DNA of 64,000 bases. Origin: Amoebophrya sp. A120. Its lineage: Eukaryota > Protista > Dinoflagellata. Below, piece by piece: positions 37,101 through 45,762 of the stretch; the stretch's first letter is position 1, and each line of letters starts with the position of its first letter. The notes beneath the pieces are model-generated. The model saw only the letters and a list, made by a program, of their open reading frames with translations. It did not search any database and was not told the DNA's origin. Location: NCBI GenBank assembly GCA_905178155.1, contig CAJINV010000001.1:3673706-3737705 (forward strand), in the 5' to 3' direction. The position numbers and the translations under genes are program-made.

Positions 37101-38197
37101 AAAACGCAGTTCCTGCCGACAATCTAGAAACGAAAATCGCGTCAACCGCCATCGTGAAGGGCAAGCTCGGGCAGGGGTGCATCATCGAGGATTTCGCGAT
37201 CATCGGAGCCGACGTCGTGCTCGGAGACCGCTGTTTCGTCGGGAACTTTGCCCGGTTGTCCGGGAAAATTGAGGCGGGGGACGACAATGTTTTCTACGAC
37301 AACGTGTCTATCGGGAACCCGCCGCAAGATTTCTTCGGCGCGCGGTCGTGCGGGAAGGTGGAGATCGGGTGCTCCTGCGTCTTCCGGGAGTATGTCAGTG
37401 TGAACATGCCCACGGTGGAAAACGGAAAAACGGCCATCGGGTCCAACACCATGGTGCACTCCCACTGCAACATCGGGCACGACTGCGTGGTCGGGGAAAG
37501 GGTAAATTTGAACATGAACTGCTATCTCGCTGGATTTTCCCAGGTGCTGGACGACGCAACGCTGTCCATCAGTTGCAGCCTGCACCAAGGCGTGATTGTT
37601 GGCCCCAAGTGCTTCATCGGCATGCACGTTGCGCTCACCGCGGACGTGCCCCCGTTTGTGGCGGTCGTGAGACGGGAAACGATAACGATAACGACGGCGG
37701 AAGGAGCAGGAGGAAGCTGCTCCTACAGGGACGAGGACCTGAATAAAAGCGAACCGAGGAATAATGTCACTGGTCTTGGGGTAAACAATATTTCCAGCGG
37801 ATCGGCACCGGCGGGACGGACAGGACCAGCAAGACGAAAGCCGTCCACCTGTCCCTTGTATCGCATCTCCATCGACCGCGAGGGTTTGCGGCGAAAGTTA
37901 CGCGCGCCCGGAGCGACCATTGACCGACTGGAACACGCCTACAGTGCCGCTGAGCGAGACTTTTTGGTGCGTTCCATAGACCACGCGGGACATGCGGCGA
38001 GAATTCACGGTCGAGCGGGGATGGACATTTTTGCTGAGGACTTGGAATGTTTTCAGAACGCACAAAAAGCGCGGCCCTCGCAGTTGGTGCGAGGTGAATA
38101 CCGCCTGAACGACTTCTACGGAGAGGTGTTTTCATCCCAATTATCGGCGGCGAAACCAAGTGTCAAAGAGAGTTTCTCCATTCTCACTGATATTTGA
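34127..38197 (+). CDS. Acyl-CoA synthetase/adenylation domain + ACP-like carrier + LpxA-like hexapeptide acyltransferase fusion (~1356 aa)
   Basis: AMP-binding motifs LHTSGTTKRAKTVPLTHGNL, MPLFHIHG, YAMTE, GEVCVKGP, LRTGDKG, GRYKEIINYGGEK, TGKPQR. Carrier-like LLDSISVIQLR (Ser codon 36536-36538). LpxA motifs IGNPPQD, FREYVSVN, NIGHDCVVG, LHQG, DVPPF. First ATG at 34127; no introns needed. Confidence 0.85.
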   Translation: MKDFSTANATGPEDAAPQCLFDAIDWSNAERKVLIRSTQDARDTFTYQQFRDFAETTVWPPVLKFLNWNLFPYDADEEQQVGSEMKTTTGTTSEEADHMIVRLPKRNLGILFLDNSAAFVNLFLSLLKFPLALCPFSPKLGPANLQDELEDLANFYLLILDERMEDMKKGGSADTKKLARVVRDFAEQNDVPLLIVENADDALGRFKIQPAVTAATVSSPMQKKFDAIRAITNVNGLDNVALRLHTSGTTKRAKTVPLTHGNLLAGGRAIRETLQLTEKDTALNAMPLFHIHGIAVNVLVPVLSGAAILPLPKFVPDEFFRLVEEMRPTYYSAVPAIHEQLLLHQTSSSRSPAAKITTTNATSPDQHSILKPPPSLRFVRNCSAALLPPTAAKLEKLFGCQSVGTYAMTESMPICSNPVEMRKNTLLSTTSEGRTEEKKSFQNPCTSYRLDSVGYAQGPHVVIRENVDTNPKTSTDAEINKTVAQRQKLAKDFSYCDSKLNVPFGIEGEVCVKGPMVTTGYERNVEDWRDCLNDYTVDGFLRTGDKGYLDAKDKHLVLLGRYKEIINYGGEKLSPFLVESALIQHPRVREVLCFACPHESYGEAVGVLVVKDDSWASTSSNSSSKNVDRKEQVSSFLEQLRTFLRNDSGLSTNYSPEVLVFSDFIPRAHTGKPQRIGLAKRLNITAAETAPTLPFTAREFVWDGENSLVKIERKGEEEDPGRNIKPPSSSLKDLSLELAEPPAEGITSGVEHRQRPPASGGTTITEQEKKRKAFDRILARFGVVQLHRASSFARDTLLSHLLDSISVIQLRAVFLESFHNLKWPLHFFAQATVTELLERLQREADVRVVLEEEPHPQSYPGSPVAGSSTPGSTRGGVVAMADGALTQTSSNRQVIVFDESSLKFSEVTREVRPYLHVGAGGGNTSATTGGAAAGAKNRSRSGSLVEQDQVAPAATDAATAARLCTTGVLQHEVASSSSTKGLKLPKMRPLDENAVPADNLETKIASTAIVKGKLGQGCIIEDFAIIGADVVLGDRCFVGNFARLSGKIEAGDDNVFYDNVSIGNPPQDFFGARSCGKVEIGCSCVFREYVSVNMPTVENGKTAIGSNTMVHSHCNIGHDCVVGERVNLNMNCYLAGFSQVLDDATLSISCSLHQGVIVGPKCFIGMHVALTADVPPFVAVVRRETITITTAEGAGGSCSYRDEDLNKSEPRNNVTGLGVNNISSGSAPAGRTGPARRKPSTCPLYRISIDREGLRRKLRAPGATIDRLEHAYSAAERDFLVRSIDHAGHAARIHGRAGMDIFAEDLECFQNAQKARPSQLVRGEYRLNDFYGEVFSSQLSAAKPSVKESFSILTDI

Positions 38198-38963
38198 TGG
38201 CGAAAGAATTATGTCCGCAGGAACCGCGACGAAGTTGCGATGTACTTGGTTGAATGATCGTCGAAGATGAAACATGACACTCATGATGGAAAACCTGTCG
38301 CGAGATGTCCGGTAGCGAGTCAGCTCCGTGATGCGAAAATAGACAAGAATATCAATACCCATGTTGTCCATGATGCCCAAAGACGGATTTCTCTGTCGTG
38401 GTCCATCATCAAGACTTTGTGACTTGACGTATTTATTTTCGGTTTACTAGTAGGAACAGAAAAGCCTCTTCTCGGTAGTTGCATGGTAGTTCCTCATTGT
38501 CAGGCAGTTCGCTTTTCATTTTGCATTTGCGGCACAAGATGTTGAAATCGGTGAATGGAGATTTGGTCGTGTCGACAAACAGCCGCGTCGGTATCGTCCG
38601 CCAAGTGCCAAAAAACTGCTACGTGCTCGTGCAATTGCTGATGAAGTGAAGCGTCGTTGTCGTTCGCGCAAAAAATGTATCATCGTTCTGCTAGAGCTAT
38701 CTTTTGCTTGAATTAAGGTGTCCTTTCGTCCAGTTGTCTCTGTCTGGAGCAAAAAATCATGCCGTCTTCAAGCAAAACTCTTTCAGGCGAAAGACCTTGT
38801 ACCCCCGACAAGAATTTTATCCGGCAAAACCAATTGGTTAACCCGTTTTTCTTTTTACAGTAAACTAGTTCTATCATTGTCATTTTCAATTTCAGAGTGA
38901 CTCTAAAAACCCAGAAGGGAAAATAATTTCTCAACGTCATCAAGTAGCAGCGCCTTTACCAAC

Positions 38964-41900
38964 ATGGCGCTAATCCTGGTTCTGGAGCCGGAGGCCAGTC
39001 CGGAGACGGACGTTTGGCTGGGTTTTTTCCTCCGCCTGAGCGAGGCCCGAGGTTTGCGCGTCTTCGACGCCCTGGCCGCCGCGCCGGCTGCTACAACTTC
39101 TTCGGGGCCGCAGGGTCCTCCCACGGTGGAGGACATTCTCACCAAGTTTTCCCGGCTGGACGGGAGCAGCGTACTTGACGAAGTGTACAAAAGTAAAAAC
39201 GAAAGAACCGGCAAAAAAACGTCTTCCTCTTCCCGAATTTTCCTTGGCGTCGGCGTGCTGCTCGCGGATGGGTCGTCCGAAGAAAATAATAGTACAACTC
39301 CGATTTATTCGTCTCGGAAAGGCGTAGACGTGGCGAAGATCGCGGCCATGGTCGAGAAATTTTCCACCCGGGACAGCATGCCGTTGATGCCGATTCTGCG
39401 GGAAAAGGGCATTTTGGTGGACGACATGGCGCTGCACGACGACGCGGACCTCGCGGGGGACAGCAACCCGGACCCGCGGCCTTCTTTCCCGCACATGACG
39501 CTGAAGGACATTTGGCACTACCGCAACGTCTATGGATTGCAAAAATGTCTGGGTCTGGAAGATTTCTAGATTTGTCATGCAGATTTTCCATGAGCCATGA
39601 TGTCTCTAATGCATGCCGTAGCATCACAGATTTTTAGAGGGCTTTCTGATACCTCTACCGCATGAGAAATGCCCTCTCAGCGTAGGACAACAAGCCCGAC
39701 CCCTCTTTCTGGTCATGCAATACAAATTTTTTTAGAATCCACCGACAGCATCACAAGTTATGACCTTCCAAACCCAGACATTTTTACAGTTGATAATGTC
39801 TGGCCGGAGGACGACCCGATCATATTGACCGAACCAGGCTACTTGGCGCGGTCCTACTTCAACTGTGACGAGCTGGTGGATTACTTTGCCTTCATGCAGT
39901 GCTTCGTCACGCACTTGGTGCGCACGGGGCCGGTGTCCGGACCCTGCCGGTTCGGCTTGCTGCTCGTGGTGTGCGATTTTTTCCTGCAGCAAAAGAAAGA
40001 CGGAATTGCGGAACTACAGCAGCCCGTGGCTGCAGGAGATGTTTCAACATTTAACACGTTGTTGCAAAACTACTGGCTGCAGTTCTTGCAAACAATTCTG
40101 CACAATCTGGACGCCATTGCCACGATGCTTCTCTCTTTCATCTTTTTTGTCGTGGAAAAGCTAGACACCTTCGTCTACGACTTCTCTGGGTTCGAGCAGA
40201 CGATTTTCACCGTGAGCTACCTCCAGGCGAACTTCTTCACCATACCGAACTTCCAATTTCTGCTCCGCGTAGCCACGACCACCTTGATTTCTATTTGGGC
40301 CACGGCCTTCGTGAACCGGGTGGAGCTCCACCTCGAGATCGCGCGGGATCGCGACCGCCGAAGAAAACTCGCGGACGATGCGGAATTTCGATTAGGCGGA
40401 AATACAAATAAACATCAAGTACAGGAGAAAAACAAGCCGCTCACCGTCGAAGAGCGGATCCGGCGGTCTCTAACGCGCACGCAGACCTCCACAGACTTCC
40501 GTTCGGAGGGGCACGTAGAGCAGCTGGTGGTCGAGGCCGCGCGAGATTTGACGGACACAAGCGGCGTAGACGCGTCCGAGCAGCAGGCTCTGTCGGACGG
40601 GGCTCGGGATCTGATCGACCGCCTGCACCGCGGGGCGATCGTGGTAGATAAGAAATTCATCCGAAATGTCAAGTTCAAGCTTATCGGAGATGAACAAGGA
40701 AAAAGTACTAATAAAGAGACCCGCACAACATCATCAGACATTATGGACAAAGCGTTGCGCAAATTGCTGGACCAGAAGCTCGCGACACTGGAGGACAGCA
40801 CCGAGGCGCACACACTCTCCTCCGCCGACTATCGACAGGAATTACTGAACGTCGCGGAGTCCCTGCAGGTGCCGAAGCTGGGCCCCACCTTCTTGCTCCT
40901 GGAGCGGTCCTACGCGGGCGCGTTGGTGCGCGTCGTGCAGGACGCGTTCGAGGATTTTATCGACCGGCAGCGGCGGATGGTGCGGCGGTACGCGACCACG
41001 TATTTGCTCTCGTTCCTCGCGATGTGTTTTTTGTTCTACTGCCAGACGTATATGTTGTACCTCGACCTGGTCGTCGCCGACCTCGTCGCGACCTCGCCGG
41101 AATTCTTGTCCGACGCGTGGCTGATTAGATTTGTGCCGAAACTGCAACGAAATCCCTTTTTCTCTGGCACAGTCTTCCCCCCGCTGCAGGCGTCCTGGGA
41201 GAACGTGAACGCGCTGGGCTGCGCGGACCTCGTGCGGACGTTGCTGTTGCAAGTTTTGCTGCTCACCCCCACGATCGGGAACGTGGTGATCTGCGGAAGT
41301 GTCTTGAACCCGCTGTTTACCGCCTTTTCCTGGCACTTGACCCACTACGAGCACCACATCAGCCGGGCCGAGTTCCGTCGCTCGGCGTCGCTGAAAAGTG
41401 CCGCGTTTGCGGTCATGAACGCGGTCGTGTACCCCTTGTTCTTGGTCTTCGTCGCGGACGACGCAAACGCGGCGCTGTCCTACATTCTCACCCTTGTCTT
41501 CATCAAGGCAACCATCCTCGGATCCATCACCGAAAACGTGGTGCCGCGGCTGAAAATCCTGTTCAAAGTTTTGGAAGTAGTCGAGGGTGCTGGGAAAAAT
41601 AAAACGAACAAGGCAATAAAGTCGCTCAGTAGCCGGTCCGCCTCCGTGCTGCACAACCTGGTGGAATCCGAGGCCCGAAAGTCCTGCTCTTCGAGCGCGC
41701 AAAAGGTAAAGCCGCAGTCGTACGATTGGAAGTGGCGTAAGGAAATGATCAAACAGCAGGCTTCATTTGGGAAGATGACAGAGGCAGATGGCACAACTAA
41801 TGCAACAGCATTAATATCATCTTCCAGTACAACAGCCAGCAGCACCACGAACAACAAGAGCTTGAACACGCGGCGGGCGGTCGTGTTAGAGAATTACTTC

Positions 41901-42665
41901 TTGCACCGGAATTTCGCGCTGCAGCGCGCCGTGGCGGGAAGAAGCAGTGTGAAGGAGGAGGAGTTGGTGGAGCCCTACAGCTTGTTGGACGAGTACAAGG
42001 AGGTGTGCGAGGCCTACGCATTACTTGTCTTTTTCTTTCCCTTGTCTCCCTTCTACCTGCCGCTGGGGATTTTCATCTGGCTCTTCACGGAATTGAAAGC
42101 GGATAGCTGGAAGCTGCGGAACGTGCGGCGCCGCGTCTACAAGGCGCTGGACTTGACCTCCGGCGGTCTGTGCGACGCGTTTGTGTTGCTCCTGCAGACG
42201 ATCACCATCATCTCGCTGTTGGCAAACATGCTGCTGCTGGCCCGCAGGCTGGAGAAGGAACACCAGTCGCAGTCGGTCTTCATGTCGCTGTATCAAATGT
42301 AAAAATGTCTTGGTCTGGTTCTGGAAGATTGCCAGGTTTGTGATGCACATTTTGCATGACCACTCCTGATGTCTGTGATGCATGCCCTAGCGTCACAGAT
42401 CTTGTGAAGGCTTCCTGATGCCTATACCGCACGACAAATGCTTTTTCCGTGTAGCAAAACTTAGACTCTCTTTGCTGCTCATGCAATACAGATTTTTTTG
42501 GAATCCAAATTCAGCATCACAAGTTGCATTCTTCCAGACCCAGACACTTTTACATTTGATACGCTGCTCATGCTGGAACACGTGCTCCTCTTTCTGCAGC
42601 TCTACCTGGCCGGCTACATGCCAAAAGCCATCCCAAAAGATCTCGCGCTCTTAAGAGAACTCTAG
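38964..42665 (+). CDS. Anoctamin/TMEM16 family protein (~1051 aa) split by 2 TIR elements
   Basis: Exons 38964-39530, 39801-42290, 42567-42665. Motifs RSYF..ELVDYFAF, LTHYEHH, DEYKEV, ELKADSWKL..RR and final helix LEHVLLFLQLYLAGYMP resemble anoctamin consensus segments; multiple hydrophobic spans. Confidence 0.8.
39531..39795. mobile_element. Introner-like TIR element E18 (family A)
   Basis: TIR TATGGATTGCAAAAATGTCTGGGTCTGGAAG / CTTCCAAACCCAGACATTTTTACAGTTGATA; TSD ACGTC/ATGTC; in-frame removal of 270 nt (YRNV|WPEDD). Confidence 0.9.
42291..42561. mobile_element. Introner-like TIR element E19 (family A)
   Basis: TIR TATCAAATGTAAAAATGTCT / AGACACTTTTACATTTGATA plus TCTGGAAG/CTTCCAGA; TSD CGCTG; in-frame removal of 276 nt (FMSL|LMLEHV). 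Confidence 0.92.
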
Positions 42666-43182
42666 GCACGATGTACTAGTACGCGTCAAGAACAAGCAGC
42701 TGAGATCCATCTCGATCTGTCGTGGTTGCAATTATACATAGATGTGTTGACAAGTTCTTTACAATTAGAATTGCATTTATGCCTCAACTAGGAATAGGTC
42801 AGATACAGATTCAGGTAGGCGATCTCTCTTTCGTTCGTAAAGTAGTATACCATAGCGCAGCGCTTCGGCGATTTTTCTTCCATCCATAGAGTTTTTTGTC
42901 ATCCGCATGAATACAAAAAAAAGTGAAAGTGGAAGTGTCTTTTTTCAGTGTCCACCTCCTTTCAAGTTCAATATGAGATGTGCGCTCCTGTAGCCTGGAA
43001 GCGTATGAAAATAAATACAAGACGCAAGGAAGACAAACGCTAAGGATCAATGTAAATCGCAGCCCAGCAGCATTTTCCATTTTGCGAATAAAGTTTTGCG
43101 CGCAATTCTGTTTTACAAATATAAAATTTTCATTTTACAACGCGCGTCGTGGTGCACGTGCAAGTCCATTTCTTGCTAGTGT

Positions 43183-43874
43183 GCAGCAGGAGCTGTTTAT
43201 CGGGACAGAAATTATCGCACGGAAACATCGGTTATGAGGGTCGATTGACCATAACCATTCAGCCCATTTAAGCCATTCGTAAAAAATGAAAAGCAAAATC
43301 GTAGGGCCTTGCTCTCCGGGGACTTTTCCTGGGGGCAGGCTGGTTGCCAGTATAGACCTACCCCTCGGCGTTGCGGAGCCTGTCTGCCTCGTCTCCGAAC
43401 TTCGGGGTGTGGTCTCGCAGCTTAGCGGCGGGCTCCCCGTCATGGCGCGGCAAAATAACCGAAAATGACAATGGGCCGAGCTGGAACGAGACAGCTTTTT
43501 GATGAACAATTGCAGGCGTAGCTACTTCGTTTTGACTAAATTCGGACCATCTTTCGTTGCTGCAAAATTGCGAGCTTCGGTACGTTTTTTCGATTTCGGC
43601 CGCCCCGCGCGGCGAGAGAATTTGTTGAGAGAGGAAAAAAAGCAGCGCCTTCCAGCCCAAAAAAAAAAAATCTAGCTCAAAGCGCGCGCTGGCCATCCGG
43701 GCCATTCGAGCCATTCGCGTGGGCCGCCCGGGAACGGCCGGCGCACCGTTCAGGGGCAGTCCATTCGACCCATTCGCGCGCGCGAACGGCCCGAATGGGC
43801 TGAATGGGTCGAATGGATCTAACGGCAGCAGGAGCTGTTTATCGGGACAGAAATTATCGCACGGAAACATCGGT
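43183..43874. mobile_element. 592-bp insert flanked by a perfect 50-bp direct repeat
   Basis: GCAGCAGGAGCTGTTTATCGGGACAGAAATTATCGCACGGAAACATCGGT at 43183-43232 and 43825-43874; the insert has CCATTC motifs near its left end and inverted GAATGG motifs at its right end. Confidence 0.6.
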
Positions 43875-44360
43875 AGAAGACGTGGATTGACAGAGAAGTA
43901 GCTCGTGTGTAGTCTGTGGCGTGGTTCCCACCGTTTGAAGGATCCATGTAGATCGGCCCTGACAGTGCTGTGCTTCTGGTGAATTCTGACAGTTCTGATG
44001 TGGTGCATCCGGTGGATTTTGAGTTTTGTTGCGATTAAGGATGATGATCGTCGATCTTATTTGGTTGCAGCAGATCAAGCCAGTTACTTGTTTGGACTGT
44101 GTCGATAAAGCCGCTCCCATTAGCAACGAAGTTGCTGCGCTGCTACTTATCCCTGTCGATCTGAGTCGTACCAGTACAATTCTTCAATGAATACCAATAC
44201 ATACACATGCAGTAGTTTCAAAACGCATCACACGATTGTGAAAAATCGTGTTGCATATTTTTTTCAGAAATACGATTTATTGCCACTGCGATCATTCTTC
44301 TTGCATTTCATTTAAAGGCCATTGCCATTCATATTCATCATCATTCAAGAAATTGAAATT

Positions 44361-45762
44361 ATGAGTCCGCCCACGATTCTGACCGCAGCTGCCCAGACCA
44401 TTTTGAAGCCCAGTCGCACCATGGAGAAGATCAAGCACCTTCCAGCCGCGCTGTTGGATTCCGTGGACGGTTTCGTGTTTGATTGCGACGGCGTGCTTTG
44501 GCGCGCGGGCGAGCTTTGCGATCCGCGGATACCGGCTGTGTTGCAGCAGTTGCGGGACTTGAAAAAGAAAGTTTTTTTCGTGACCAACAACAGCACGAAG
44601 TCTCGCGCGACTTTTTTGGCCAAGCTGAATTCACTGGGGATCACTGCCTCCCCCGAGGAATTTTACACCGCCGGCTTCGCCTGCGCCGAGTACATTCGGC
44701 TGTATGAGCCCCGGCTGCTCTCTACCCACAATGCGCTGCTGATCGGGATGCACGGACTGGAGGAGGAACTGAAGGCGTGCGGGGTAAACGTGATCGGGGG
44801 ACCCTCGGACCAGGAGTTTGAGAAAAAAATGCAGCACTTTCTGGAGGAATCCGTGGGAAACGCAATGGAAAAGGGCATCTTCGCCATGCACAACCTGGAA
44901 ATCCCCAAGAACGTCGGCGCCGTGGTGTGCGGGTTCGACCCCCGCATAAACTACTTCAAGATTCAGACCGCGCAGCTGTGCCTCAACGCGAAATACAATC
45001 TGGACGTGCCGGATTGCAAGTTCATCGCCACCAACCCAGACGCCGTCGCGCACATCACCCCCACCCAGGAATGGGCCGGAAACGGCTGCTGCGTCGGCGC
45101 TATCAAGGGGTAAGTTAATCTTAATTTTTGTATTGCTGAACTGGTAGAAGTATAGTATAACTAGAAGCAGAGTACCTGGTATGGTCGTGCCAGAAGGGTT
45201 TGGAAGGTCACGCTTGTTTTGCAGGTGACGTCAAAATTTTCGCACGTTTATTTCAACATCAACTGAAGCTTATATATTTTCGTAGTTGCCAGGAAATCAT
45301 CTCATAACGCTGCGCCACTTGCGTTTTTTTGTTGTGTCTTAATCTTTGCGTAAGTGCAAGTGGAAGTAGGGGTGTAAGTGAGTTTAATTTGTTTGCCGTT
45401 CCGGTCTTTTTTTTATTTTCCGTAAGCAAGCTGTCTCGAGAAGCACTGTGATTTGCCCAATTGATGTTTCACTTTCACTCGCAAGGTGCACTGGCCGAGA
45501 GCCGAGTTATACCGGAAAGCCAAGCAGCCTCCTGCTGGATATTTTGTGCTCTCGCCACAGCATGGAACGGTCTCGCATGGTGATGGTTGGCGACCGTCTT
45601 GACACAGACATCTTGTTCGGGAGCAGCAACGGCATGAAGACGGTACTGGTCTTGTCCGGTGTGACGACTGAGGAAGAGGCAAAAGCTACAACCGACGAAA
45701 TGAGGCCTGACTTTTACATGGACGGCGTCGCAGATTTTTTTCCCGCTCCTGCCTCCGCTTGA
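44361..45762 (+). CDS. PGP: HAD-superfamily subfamily IIA hydrolase (phosphoglycolate/4-nitrophenyl phosphatase)
   Basis: FVFDCDGVLW, FVTNNS, FIATNPD, GKPS, MVGDRLDTDILFG, VLSGVT; one GT-AG intron 45110-45485; start at ATG 44361 or 44421. Confidence 0.9.

Noticed and set aside
3244-41702. Long minus-strand ORFs opposite the main genes
   Set aside because: Antisense shadows of GC3-rich coding sequence.
2663-42654. Recurrent short peptides such as FQTQT, KNVWVWK, YGSVRIEI, ILSKNVPTP in the ORF track
   Set aside because: They are translations of the element TIRs, not a protein repeat family.
23666-45762. PEX11, an AAE3-like synthetase and PGP as a peroxisomal/glyoxylate gene cluster
   Set aside because: Separated by unrelated genes, the synthetase fusion has no PTS1-like C-terminus, and co-orientation is general here.
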